DNA from: a virus
Direction: 5' to 3' (one strand)
Virus record (IMG/VR): IMGVR_UViG_3300044857_000313
Location: 23,140-87,139 of that record
Length of the DNA stretch: 64,000 nt
Of this stretch, positions 17,612 to 27,060 are shown in pieces. The notes below the pieces were generated by a model. That model ran no database searches. It saw only the letters and a program-made list of their open reading frames with translations, and was not told the DNA's origin. The position numbers and the translations under genes were made by a program. Every line of letters begins with the position of its first letter. Position 1 is the stretch's first letter.

Positions 17612-19954
17612 CTATACCCCCTTTGTTCGTGTCGTATATAGACAATCCCAATTCAGCCCTACAATAGAGAGGGGAACTGGCATGTCTGATTCAACTGCAA
17701 TCGTAACTGATTCATTCTTTGCATGAATAGGAACATCAAACTTTCCTGTTTCATTTTGCTTCTTCCCCAAGCGAGCTGAAGAAGTACCAAGAATCTTACC
17801 GGTCATCCGATATATATACTCTTTGCTCCCAAGGTAAGACACCCTGCAAGCCAAGAAACCTGTATGATCATAATTGATATGGATGTTCTTGATTTGTGTC
17901 CTGCCTTCTGCATAGGAGCTAATGTTTCCATTGTCGTTCTTCTTAAGATAGAATGTGGTGAAGACAGCCTTAAACAAATAAGGTTCCCCCACTACTAATT
18001 TCTTTCCTGCAAAATTTCCATCAAGATAAATACAGCCTGCATCATCTGCTTTTAGATTTTCGTGCAAGACACCATCATGAGTGACTACACAAAGACTCTG
18101 CAAAGGTGTGGTGTCTGTGTAGGCATAAAGTGCCTTGAGGTCAAACTTTGTCTGTTCGGATACCTCATCATAAACACCATTATCCATCACTTTCTTCTGG
18201 TCGAGATAGACACGATATACTTCGGTATCATCGAACTCTTTGATGTTTACAGAGAAGTCCAATTGCTCCATGGTAATCTGTGTCCCTCTACGCATGAGAA
18301 GATACAAATAACTGCCAATGAAACCTGCACCATAAATCTCACCATCAAAGACCCATTTAGACCACGAGGACTGAATACGTTCTTCATTGGCAAATAGATA
18401 CTTGTAAAGGTAAATGGTGTCTGTTGCCTTATTTGTCAGACAGAACAGCACATTTTCAGCCGTCGATGCAATAATGTCATAGACACCTGATTCAATATAG
18501 TTCGGGATGTGAGATGTAATGTCCTGTGCATTTTTCATCTGTGAAATATCCTGAACCGTATAGTATTCCCGTATCGTAGAGAAATCTCCATGTTCAGAAG
18601 GGAAATATAAGTTCTTACCTGCTACCTTTGGTTGACAGTCAGGAGAACTATTGAACTGCGTAATTTCTGTAGGTGACGCTGTTTTCGGTGTCAAGGTGGA
18701 ATCAGCACGAATAATAAACTGTGTATCATTCGAGAAAGCGTAAAGGTCTTCTGAAAAGACAACACAATAATTAATCAGGTTTGCTTTTGTGGATGTAATA
18801 GGGACATCAATCCCATCTGTGTCTAACAGGTCATTGGCTGTTGTCATCCACCAATTAAAGTATTCTCCTGATTCAGACATGATTATATTTTCACGGGAAG
18901 CAACACCTAAACGATTGCGATAAAAGAAGATACTGGACAGGGTATATCCTACAAAAGACGGAGACGGATTACTATCATCATCCCCCACCTTTCGTTCATC
19001 CCAATCAAGAGCCTTAAATGTGAAAGTGTCATCTGCATTATGGATGATGGCATGGGGCATGGTTGTCTTATCAAACTCAATGTTGATATTTGGACAAGCA
19101 CATTCTTCCCACACATTACTGTCTTTGGAATACTTTACGTAATAACTACCTTCACTTGCTCCATTCGGGTCGCCCTTGACTTTGACACAATAGTTATCAG
19201 GCGCCGTAGCAGGAAGCAAGCTGAAACGCTGAATTGACTTTTTGAAGTTAATAAGAGCCTGATGGTTGAATCCATCTGCTGTCTGTACAAGACCATCACC
19301 CTGAATACGAATCCAATTATCTTGATGTTCCGTAGACACACCATTATTGTTGAGCTGTTCATTAATACGGTCTGCGATATAGTTGGTGTCTATCTGCTTC
19401 GTCTGGTTAGCGGCATCCCCATTTGGGCTTGTCCATGCGCATTTAGACACACCATCAATCCAAACCTGATAGGTACGACCATACTGCCCTTGACGCACAT
19501 AAAGCATACTGCCCTGATTACTAAAGTAGTCTGGTGACTTCTTGCTGGACAACTGCACTGTTTTTGTATTATTCAGTACAAAAGTGTAGTCAGCTACCGT
19601 CATAACTCGTAAGTTATCCCTAGGAGTATTTGTAGCTAAATAAGCATCGTCTTCAATGTTGACAGTCTTTTCGTTGCCTTTCATGTCGTAAATCTTGATA
19701 GTGTTATTTGCAAAGACAACCATGTATTTCTGTTGTTTATCCCTGTCAATGAAATGAACAAGAGGTTTACTGCCTGTGGTAAGGTTCAAGTCTGTGAGTG
19801 TCTTTAGATGGACTGTAGGGACACGATTCTGGAGCCCTGAAACCTCTGTCGAGAAACCATTAATCTGCTCCTCAAGCTGTTCAGGGAACCGTAAGAGTGG
19901 TGGCTGTTGAGACACACCCTGTACAAAGTTCTTAATGCTCTGTGAGTATAACAT
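17612..19954 (-). CDS. Tail tubular protein B (gp12-like)
   Basis: 780 aa; size and synteny match T7 gp12. Confidence 0.75.
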   Translation of the reverse strand: MLYSQSIKNFVQGVSQQPPLLRFPEQLEEQINGFSTEVSGLQNRVPTVHLKTLTDLNLTTGSKPLVHFIDRDKQQKYMVVFANNTIKIYDMKGNEKTVNIEDDAYLATNTPRDNLRVMTVADYTFVLNNTKTVQLSSKKSPDYFSNQGSMLYVRQGQYGRTYQVWIDGVSKCAWTSPNGDAANQTKQIDTNYIADRINEQLNNNGVSTEHQDNWIRIQGDGLVQTADGFNHQALINFKKSIQRFSLLPATAPDNYCVKVKGDPNGASEGSYYVKYSKDSNVWEECACPNINIEFDKTTMPHAIIHNADDTFTFKALDWDERKVGDDDSNPSPSFVGYTLSSIFFYRNRLGVASRENIIMSESGEYFNWWMTTANDLLDTDGIDVPITSTKANLINYCVVFSEDLYAFSNDTQFIIRADSTLTPKTASPTEITQFNSSPDCQPKVAGKNLYFPSEHGDFSTIREYYTVQDISQMKNAQDITSHIPNYIESGVYDIIASTAENVLFCLTNKATDTIYLYKYLFANEERIQSSWSKWVFDGEIYGAGFIGSYLYLLMRRGTQITMEQLDFSVNIKEFDDTEVYRVYLDQKKVMDNGVYDEVSEQTKFDLKALYAYTDTTPLQSLCVVTHDGVLHENLKADDAGCIYLDGNFAGKKLVVGEPYLFKAVFTTFYLKKNDNGNISSYAEGRTQIKNIHINYDHTGFLACRVSYLGSKEYIYRMTGKILGTSSARLGKKQNETGKFDVPIHAKNESVTIAVESDMPVPLSIVGLNWDCLYTTRTKGV

Positions 19955-19960
19955 GGTGTC

Positions 19961-20527
19961 TTATCTCCTTTCCAATGCACTCTGCATCCCTGTGGTCTGA
20001 AACATGTTGGAACCTGTGTCTATACAATACTGGACAATATCGGCATAAGCTCTTGATTCTTCAATCCGTAACTCCTGAGATACATTTTCGTCACCAAGGT
20101 AACGTTCCTGAAAGAAAATAGCCGCTTCTGCTGTAATGAATGTTTTGAACTCATCAGGCAAGTCCTCAAAGTCAACGGCTTCAATGATGGTAAGTTGCAC
20201 CTCTTCATTGAAGGTATCTGTCTTCTCTGTAAGATTGTATAGAAAATCCCCACGTTTTACATAGACCTCACCATTCGTCGCTGTAATCTTTATCCATGAT
20301 GGATTGTATCGAATCTTTTTGCTGTTGGTGTCTGGCATAATAGTTACATTGGTCATGGTGTTGAACTGCCAGCCTTGACGCTGGATATTTCGAGACACCG
20401 TAGCTAGTAGGCTTCGTGCATTATCAACATCAATAGATTCACTCTCTGTTAAGCTATTGACAGGAGCTTCCCCAATGCCTGAAAGAATCAGATTGATTGC
20501 GTCTAACTCTGTGGATACAAATAGCAT
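19961..20527 (-). CDS. Tail tubular protein A (gp11-like)
   Basis: 188 aa; size and synteny match T7 gp11. Confidence 0.75.
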   Translation of the reverse strand: MLFVSTELDAINLILSGIGEAPVNSLTESESIDVDNARSLLATVSRNIQRQGWQFNTMTNVTIMPDTNSKKIRYNPSWIKITATNGEVYVKRGDFLYNLTEKTDTFNEEVQLTIIEAVDFEDLPDEFKTFITAEAAIFFQERYLGDENVSQELRIEESRAYADIVQYCIDTGSNMFQTTGMQSALERR

Positions 20528-20542
20528 CTTTTCACTCCCTTT

Positions 20543-20575
20543 AAAAGAATAAAAAGGGGAGCATTACACTCCCCT
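20543..20575 (-). terminator. Intrinsic terminator after major capsid gene (T-phi position)
   Basis: Minus strand GGGGAG-UGUAAUG-CUCCCC followed by UUUUUAUUCUUUU. Confidence 0.65.
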
Positions 20576-20593
20576 ACACCTATCAACAATCTA

Positions 20594-21607
20594 TTAAGCA
20601 GGATTGCTAATAACACCCATAAAGGTAGATTCAGGACGAAGACCACCAATACCAATAGCATACTTAGCAATAAGCTGGTCTGCCTGATATTCAGCGCGAC
20701 GTGCTGTTTCGAAGCTAATGTCTTTCAAGGACAAGACACCAACAGAAGATTTGTGACAAATCAGAAGAGGAGACTTGCTTGCATAAGCCGTCGGGAAGGC
20801 ATGACCATCACCCTGAATGGTATTCGTCGGGTCATCGCCACCCTGTGTCAGATGAGGACATTCGATAATCTGGAAACCATCCATGCTGATAATATTGGAG
20901 TTAGTCAGCGTAGCGGCGGCACCATAATTACTGTTCAAGAAATCAAGGTTCGTTGCCAGTGCGGCGTGAATTTCAGGAGTAACAAAGCAATAACGGTCAC
21001 CCTGCGGAACGTAGTTAGCGGCCATTTTAGCTTTGACCTCTAACAGAATGTCACGGACTGCGATACCTGTTTCTTTGTTAATGCCAAGTGTGGAACCCGT
21101 TGCGAGTGTCTTTGCAACGACGCCACCTTTACCAAGGCCAGCGACATTTTCAGTGTTGTTCAACGCTTCCTTAGCGACCTCTGCGAGAATAGAAGCATCC
21201 ATGGAGATTGCCAGTGCTTCGCCAAGCTGGGTAGCATACGGAGAACGGAAATCATAATGTGCGATAAATTCGTCAAGGTCAAATACCAAGCAGTCCGTCG
21301 TCAACAGACCATCAATAACAATGGTACGTTCACCCTGCTGAATGTTTTCCCGAAGGTCGTCAAGGCTCTTACCACTTTTCAGATAATGCGCTTTAGTACG
21401 ACCAAATACAGGGAACTGAGCGGATTTACCACTCTGAATAGTACGTTTGATAAATTTACCATTCGTTACAGAGGCACGTGCAAATGCCGTGAGAGTTTCG
21501 CCACTAAATACTTTAAGGGCGAGGGCGAGTTTGTCGGCATCTGTGGTTGCCTGCGTACCAATCGCCATAGGAGTTGCAATTTTAATATCTGCCATAATTA
21601 ATATCAT
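20594..21607 (-). CDS. Major capsid protein (T7 gp10-like)
   Basis: DKLALALKVFSGETLTAFARASVT..SGKSAQFPVFGRT matches the T7 gp10 N-terminal region. The likely true start is MADIK at 21595. Confidence 0.95.
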   Translation of the reverse strand: MILIMADIKIATPMAIGTQATTDADKLALALKVFSGETLTAFARASVTNGKFIKRTIQSGKSAQFPVFGRTKAHYLKSGKSLDDLRENIQQGERTIVIDGLLTTDCLVFDLDEFIAHYDFRSPYATQLGEALAISMDASILAEVAKEALNNTENVAGLGKGGVVAKTLATGSTLGINKETGIAVRDILLEVKAKMAANYVPQGDRYCFVTPEIHAALATNLDFLNSNYGAAATLTNSNIISMDGFQIIECPHLTQGGDDPTNTIQGDGHAFPTAYASKSPLLICHKSSVGVLSLKDISFETARRAEYQADQLIAKYAIGIGGLRPESTFMGVISNPA

Positions 21608-21683
21608 CCACCTTTCAAAATAGAAAATTATATAGAGAAAGACACCAAATAATTAGTGTGTCTTAATCACCGAATTGTACTGG

Positions 21684-22484
21684 CTAGAACAATTTAGAAT
21701 ATTTAACTTTTCGATATACTTCTCGTGTAAACTTAGTGTCTTTCTGATACCGAGGGTCAGACATGTCCTTAATCATCTCATCCGTAGATTCATAACCACT
21801 ACGGTCTACAGACGGAGCGGCATTACCGACGATAGAAGGACGCTGAGTACCATACTGTTTCACCATCTGACCTTTAATACCTTCAAGGGTCATGCGAATC
21901 TGCATGAGGTTTTCGCTGTCCAGAGTAGCATTAAAGGCATTAATGACATCCTGATTCTGGGAAGACACAAACTGCTGAATACGTGCAAATTCTTCCTGAC
22001 CGCCTGCCAATGAATATACATCATTGACAAAGCGAGTGGAAGCGGCTTCCCAACCAGCCAACATACCATCAACAACGGCTTTCGGGTAACCTGCTTTCTC
22101 AAGAGTTTCATAAGACTGTTGACTGAGTCCACCATTGTTCATGTATTCATTTTCAAGACCTGCAAAGTCAACACCCTTACTTACTAAATCTTTTTCAGCA
22201 CTATCAAGGGCCTTGTGGGCTGTAGTCAACTGCTGTTCGGAAGGCTGTTCACTTTTTGGGGCTTCTTCCTTTGTGTCTGTCTGCCCCTCTGTAGGCTGTG
22301 TTTCTGTTGCCTGCTGATTATCCTCATTAACAACATCGTCTAACACATTATCCACATTCTCTGCTGTGTCTTTCACCGAAAGCTGTGTATTAGAAGATGT
22401 CGTTACAGTTACATTATCAACCGTCTGTTCAGGCTGTGTGTCTGTCTGCTGAGCATCAACTACTTTGTTTTCGTTTTCATCCAT
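21684..22484 (-). CDS. Scaffolding protein (gp9 position)
   Basis: Acidic 266-aa ORF between portal and capsid. Confidence 0.7.
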   Translation of the reverse strand: MDENENKVVDAQQTDTQPEQTVDNVTVTTSSNTQLSVKDTAENVDNVLDDVVNEDNQQATETQPTEGQTDTKEEAPKSEQPSEQQLTTAHKALDSAEKDLVSKGVDFAGLENEYMNNGGLSQQSYETLEKAGYPKAVVDGMLAGWEAASTRFVNDVYSLAGGQEEFARIQQFVSSQNQDVINAFNATLDSENLMQIRMTLEGIKGQMVKQYGTQRPSIVGNAAPSVDRSGYESTDEMIKDMSDPRYQKDTKFTREVYRKVKYSKLF

Positions 22485-22499
22485 TATTTATCAATCTCC

Positions 22500-24053
22500 T
22501 TATTGTTGATTATTGTTCACCATTCCTTGCGCAATAGGTGACGCCATCTGCTGTGCCATCTGTGCTTGCATCATTTGAGCCTGCATGGCCTGATATTCCT
22601 CATCACTCATGACGAGGGAATCTGTATCAAGACCAAGTGATGTACCAATCTGAGAAATAACATTGCCTGTCTTTAAACGCTGTTGGAAGTCAGGAAGTAT
22701 CGAACATGTCTGTAAGAACTGTTCAATCTTTGTCAGATCATGCCCACGTCCTAATGCTTCCATACCTGTGACAATGTGTGTCTGGACACCATCACTGCCC
22801 TGTGGAATATCAGGGAGCGCACCCTGCGCCATGAGCTGAGCCATAAGACACTGAACAAGTGGTAACTGCAATTCCAAAGACAGCAAAGAATAAATGTTAC
22901 CTACGCTATCCTCAAGCTCATTAGCCACATAACGAATCTCTTCCGCTGTGACACGTTCAGCATCACGCTGTACGGAGCTGTTCAGCAGGAAAGCGAACGA
23001 CAGGTTGCTCTGTAATTCCTGCTTGTGCTGATAGGCTACCTGTAAATCACTTACCTTGTTCAGCTGGAAAGCTGTAATGTCACCTTCTTTTCCTTTGAAG
23101 AAATCACCACTCTGTGCGTCTTTCAATTTATCAACACGGAGCTGTGAAGAAGGATTCACAAGGAATAAAGCAAAGGCAGACAACGTAGCCATTTCTGCGA
23201 TAGATTTACTGATAGAGTTCAGGGACTTCAAATCACCATAGTATTCATCTACATAGGAACGGCCATAGGCTTCTCCATCCATCTTACGGAGCCGCAAGGG
23301 AATCCAAGGAACCTTATCCCTAGGAAATTCCTGTTCACTACCTTTGATAATCTGTCCTTCAATCTCTTGATACATTTCAAAGGTTTCACCGTCTGCAAGA
23401 TATACATGAGTGTAAAGCTCTACATTCTTGTCAGGTGAAACGTCTGTACCCTCTACGCAAGCCTGTGCTTCTGGGGGTAAGGCGGCATAACTAATGCTGT
23501 CTTTCGCAATCAGTTCAATCCAATTACCTGTACCATCACGCACCACAACATAGTTATTCAGCCGATATAATTTGATACCACCTGTCTGAGGGGGCAAATA
23601 CAATAAACAGTTACCTGCTACGATTAGCTGTAAGACACCCTCGCTGATAGTGATACGACACCGATTAGTTTCCATGTAGTCCATGAGCTGGCGTTCAATG
23701 GCCCCCATGAGCTTGTCAATCTTTGTCATTGCTGAGGTGTCCCCCTGCTGTGCTACCTTCTGTTTAGCCGTATCACCAAGCTCCAATTTAAAAAATGGTT
23801 CATTAGGGGGGAAGAGAGCCAGCATAATTTTAGCCGCTAAGTTATTAACGCCCCTAGCCCCAATGCTCTGATATGGTGTCTCATACTCTGTGGTAGAAGT
23901 AGCATTTTCATCAGGGAATAGCATAGGAATCGTAATCTTTGCGTTCTTTACCGCTCTGTCTACGTACACCTTTCTATCGGACACCAATTTATCATAACGA
24001 GATTTTGCGGTATCTGTCCGATAAAATGTATTGGTGTCTACGCCGCTACTCAT
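22500..24053 (-). CDS. Portal (head-tail connector, gp8 position)
   Basis: 517 aa; size and synteny. Confidence 0.8.
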   Translation of the reverse strand: MSSGVDTNTFYRTDTAKSRYDKLVSDRKVYVDRAVKNAKITIPMLFPDENATSTTEYETPYQSIGARGVNNLAAKIMLALFPPNEPFFKLELGDTAKQKVAQQGDTSAMTKIDKLMGAIERQLMDYMETNRCRITISEGVLQLIVAGNCLLYLPPQTGGIKLYRLNNYVVVRDGTGNWIELIAKDSISYAALPPEAQACVEGTDVSPDKNVELYTHVYLADGETFEMYQEIEGQIIKGSEQEFPRDKVPWIPLRLRKMDGEAYGRSYVDEYYGDLKSLNSISKSIAEMATLSAFALFLVNPSSQLRVDKLKDAQSGDFFKGKEGDITAFQLNKVSDLQVAYQHKQELQSNLSFAFLLNSSVQRDAERVTAEEIRYVANELEDSVGNIYSLLSLELQLPLVQCLMAQLMAQGALPDIPQGSDGVQTHIVTGMEALGRGHDLTKIEQFLQTCSILPDFQQRLKTGNVISQIGTSLGLDTDSLVMSDEEYQAMQAQMMQAQMAQQMASPIAQGMVNNNQQ

Positions 24054-24349
24054 AAGTTAATACCTGAACCACCGCCACTGGAACCTGCGGACGAGGAAAC
24101 ATAGAGCGAGTTTTTACCACGCTTCTTTTTCTGGTTCTGCACTGCGGCATCATATTCAGCCTGTTCCGTTTCTGTGGGAGCAGGTGCGGCACTAGGAGTA
24201 ACTACAATCGGCTGTTCACTCCCTGCTACACTATTCTGATAACCACCTAAAATACCACCTGTTACAGCATTTACGGTGTTCTTTACGGCCCCTGTAATAC
24301 CATGCCATGCGTTAGACACCGTGTGTCCTAACCAACCGCCACTAGACAT
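24050..24349 (-). CDS. Small Gly/Ser-rich protein, paralog 1 (MSSGGWLG family)
   Basis: 99 aa. Shares the MSSGGWLG N-terminus and KKKRGKNSLYVSS motif with the adjacent ORF. Sits in the T7 gp6.7/7.3 position. Confidence 0.55.
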   Translation of the reverse strand: MSSGGWLGHTVSNAWHGITGAVKNTVNAVTGGILGGYQNSVAGSEQPIVVTPSAAPAPTETEQAEYDAAVQNQKKKRGKNSLYVSSSAGSSGGGSGINL

Positions 24350-24645
24350 TAAAGACCACTCCTTCCTGTGTAATCACCTGTGGAACCTGTACCACTCGTA
24401 TCGCTATTTACATACAAGCTAGACAGTCCACGTTTATTTCTTTTCTTCTGAGAGTATGTTGTATCATCACCCATTATAGGCGCATCTGGTGTCTGCGCTG
24501 TTGTACTAGACACCAAGTCAGATGCCTTTACTGTCGGACTATAATTATCCGATGCACTATAGGTATTACTTCCTGCTCCTGTGATACTGGAGATAATCTT
24601 CATGGGAAGACTCAGCAAACTTCCCAACCAACCACCACTAGACAT
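24349..24645 (-). CDS. Small Gly/Ser-rich protein, paralog 2 (MSSGGWLG family)
   Basis: 98 aa; tandem paralog of 24050..24349. Confidence 0.55.
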   Translation of the reverse strand: MSSGGWLGSLLSLPMKIISSITGAGSNTYSASDNYSPTVKASDLVSSTTAQTPDAPIMGDDTTYSQKKRNKRGLSSLYVNSDTSGTGSTGDYTGRSGL

Positions 24646-24647
24646 AA

Positions 24648-24830
24648 TCAGTCCTTCCTTTCTGCGAGATTATGAAGAACGGAAATAATTTCTGTACATC
24701 CCTGCATGTAACCCATACGAATATCATTGTTGTCTACATCTGCATTAATGAAAAAATCAGGCGTATAAATGGCCTTTAGATAATCAACAACATCACGAGG
24801 AACAAAAGGTAATTCATCATGCATAATCAT
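24648..24830 (-). CDS. Hypothetical protein
   Basis: 60-aa ORF tightly packed in the operon. Confidence 0.4.
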   Translation of the reverse strand: MIMHDELPFVPRDVVDYLKAIYTPDFFINADVDNNDIRMGYMQGCTEIISVLHNLAERKD

Positions 24831-25301
24831 CTAAGCCATCTCCTTCAAATATGATTCACCAAAGACAACAAACCCATGTTTCTTGTACATATTCCGTACA
24901 ATCGGTGTGTCTTTAACCATGCTACTACCTGAGCAAATCATTACACATTCATTATCACGCGCAATGTCTTCCAAGAGCTGAACTGCAAATCTCCCAAAGC
25001 CATTCGGTTTTGTGTCAATGGAAGCCACTAAATCTTCCACCAATACAGGGCCGTCAATCCACCAAAGCTCAACCACATTACAAGCTAAGACACCTGCATA
25101 TTTCCCCTGTTCATCTGCAAAGACAGCCAGTGTACCAAGCTTCTGCATTTTCCACATCTGCTGTGCTAAATCCTGAATGGACTTTCTGTGCCTGAACAAA
25201 GGTGTTGGATTCTTGTCGGCTTTATGTGTAATGGCCGTTACAATAATTTCCATATCATCAAGTGTTACATCATTTACGAGTGTAAATTTTGGGGTGTCCA
25301 T
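24831..25301 (-). CDS. GNAT-family acetyltransferase-like protein
   Basis: 156 aa with an FGRFAVQLLEDIA..YKKHGF acetyl-CoA-binding-like core. Confidence 0.5.
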   Translation of the reverse strand: MDTPKFTLVNDVTLDDMEIIVTAITHKADKNPTPLFRHRKSIQDLAQQMWKMQKLGTLAVFADEQGKYAGVLACNVVELWWIDGPVLVEDLVASIDTKPNGFGRFAVQLLEDIARDNECVMICSGSSMVKDTPIVRNMYKKHGFVVFGESYLKEMA

Positions 25302-26053
25302 AATTTTACCTTTCCTTTCTCATAATCTCCATCCTGTAATATGTGTGCCACACGGGCCTGTAAGAGTGCATCATCTTCTGTAAGATTAGCTTTCTTGAAA
25401 CAATCAACTACAGCTTCCCATGTGGGACTATCATCTAAAATACGTTCTGCTCTCACCTTGCCAATTTTTGGACAACCTGTGTAGTTATCCGCTGTGTCCC
25501 CTACAAGAGTCTGATAGAGCAGTTTATAATCCGCTTCTTCCTGTGTCACCTCTACCAAGGTGTCTGTCAGGAAGTTATAAATCTTTGTTGGTATCGTCTG
25601 CATGTCTTTATCAGCAGAGATAATGATGTTGTTTCCTTTGTACTTCCCTGTAGCCAACAGGCCAATAACATCGTCCGCTTCTAGTGTGTCTAATTGTTCA
25701 GACACCCAATTATCACGCACCCATTGTTTGAGTGCATGATAGGCAACAGGCTTTCTTTTCCCCACACGATTCAGCTTATAGGTAGGCAAGAGTTTCTTTC
25801 TAAAGTTATTGGCATCATCCGAAAAAGCATAGACAACATTTACATTTCCTGAATACTGGTCAAGTTCCAAGGCCCTCTGAATCCAATCATCCATATGGTC
25901 TTGTAAGTATGCAAGTGCTTCATTGAAATCTACATGAAGTGTCCATATATCATTACCCCAATCAATCTCACATTCACATGAAGAACACGCACGGTATACA
26001 GCCATATCGGCATCCACAAGGATTGTGATAGGTTTCTTCATCGGCTTATACAT
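25274..26053 (-). CDS. 5'-3' exonuclease (T7 gp6-like, FEN family)
   Basis: ILVDADMAVYRA, YKLNRVGKRKPVAY, LEADDVIG, ISADKDMQTIP and GDTADNYTGCPKIG parallel T7 gp6. Start set at MYKPMKK (ATG overlapping the upstream stop). Confidence 0.85.
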   Translation of the reverse strand: MYKPMKKPITILVDADMAVYRACSSCECEIDWGNDIWTLHVDFNEALAYLQDHMDDWIQRALELDQYSGNVNVVYAFSDDANNFRKKLLPTYKLNRVGKRKPVAYHALKQWVRDNWVSEQLDTLEADDVIGLLATGKYKGNNIIISADKDMQTIPTKIYNFLTDTLVEVTQEEADYKLLYQTLVGDTADNYTGCPKIGKVRAERILDDSPTWEAVVDCFKKANLTEDDALLQARVAHILQDGDYEKGKVKLWTPQNLHS

Positions 26054-26297
26054 CTTCGTCTTCCTCTTCATCCGTAGCAGGGACATAAAGACCACAACGG
26101 CAGGTACTGTATTTACGCATGTACTTACAAGGGCAAATGGTGTCTTTCGTCTTGCTAGGCTGGCAGGGACAATAACCTTCATTCAAGGCTAAACGGCCAC
26201 GAATGGTGTCATAGACAGTATGGTTACGTGTCACCTGCATGTGACGTTCCTTGAGGAATTTACTGTTGTCTCCATAAATGGTATACATCGCTGTCAT
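26046..26297 (-). CDS. Ferredoxin:thioredoxin reductase catalytic-subunit-like protein
   Basis: CPC-x9-CPC-x8-CRC (EGYCPCQPSKTKDTICPCKYMRKYSTCRCGLYV) matches the FTR-B CPC/CPC/CHC arrangement. Start set at MTAMYT (TAATG overlap). Confidence 0.5.
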   Translation of the reverse strand: MTAMYTIYGDNSKFLKERHMQVTRNHTVYDTIRGRLALNEGYCPCQPSKTKDTICPCKYMRKYSTCRCGLYVPATDEEEDEDV

Positions 26298-26887
26298 TAG
26301 ACCACCCCCAACTCTTTTGCTTTCGGCAATGAAGCAATCCAATCACAGACAACTTTCCATTCAGGTAATCTGTGTGTCTTTCGCTGTGCATAGATGTTTT
26401 TGAGCTGTAAGTAGTTCGTTGTCATTCGAGCTGTCAGCAACAGGCCGCTAGGATAGCTGTATATCATACGCCGCCAATTTTCTTCACTAGGATTCTGATT
26501 GTAGTCCCGAACAATATCAAGGAACAAATCAATGATTTTACGGTCTGTATAAGAGATGAAGCGGACATCCATCTTTGCCAACATATGCATAGCGGACATG
26601 GAAGACACAAAGTCTAAGAAATGATAACGCTGTGCTTCTGGCCATGCCTGTTTAGTAAGGGTCAAATCAAACTGGACAATGATACCTTTAAGGTAACAAT
26701 CATGACCACTGCCAGCAGGTGCTTTACCAAGACGTACAGCACGTTTCATATCACCATTGGTAGCACCCCGTGTTTCTAAATTACACGGATTGATTTTATC
26801 CGCCATAGGGTAGCCAGACGCTACGATAGATTCATCAAGACCATAGACGTATGTGTTATCAATGATGTTATAATCATGCTTTTTCAT
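26297..26887 (-). CDS. Hypothetical protein, possibly divergent ThyX (Thy1)-like fold
   Basis: Weak resemblance by eye to ThyX blocks (QAWPEAQRYHFLDFVSSMS; TTNYLQLKNIYAQR), but the RHRxxS motif is not conserved. Confidence 0.3.
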   Translation of the reverse strand: MKKHDYNIIDNTYVYGLDESIVASGYPMADKINPCNLETRGATNGDMKRAVRLGKAPAGSGHDCYLKGIIVQFDLTLTKQAWPEAQRYHFLDFVSSMSAMHMLAKMDVRFISYTDRKIIDLFLDIVRDYNQNPSEENWRRMIYSYPSGLLLTARMTTNYLQLKNIYAQRKTHRLPEWKVVCDWIASLPKAKELGVV

Positions 26888-27050
26888 ATTTATTGTGTCT
26901 CCTTTCATTCTTAGACAATTCTTTTTTCATCTCTGCGGACTGCGGATAGGTAACATAACCACACGAACATGTAATTTCTTCTACATTCTTTGCACAACCT
27001 GTGACCAAGGTACGACCACATTTTTTACAACGGATACGTTTTGCGTACAT
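26874..27050 (-). CDS. Small zinc-ribbon protein
   Basis: CKKCG..(x17)..CSCG. Start set at MYAKR with a GGGGG SD. Confidence 0.45.
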   Translation of the reverse strand: MYAKRIRCKKCGRTLVTGCAKNVEEITCSCGYVTYPQSAEMKKELSKNERRHNKYEKA

Positions 27051-27060
27051 AAAATACCCC

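Noticed and set aside
21641-21668. Inverted pair aagacac..gtgtctt between the scaffold and capsid genes, considered as a terminator.
   Set aside because: The stem is 7 bp with a 12-nt loop and has no U-tract. It is built from two copies of the over-represented WAGACAC motif, so it may be incidental. It is left unannotated.
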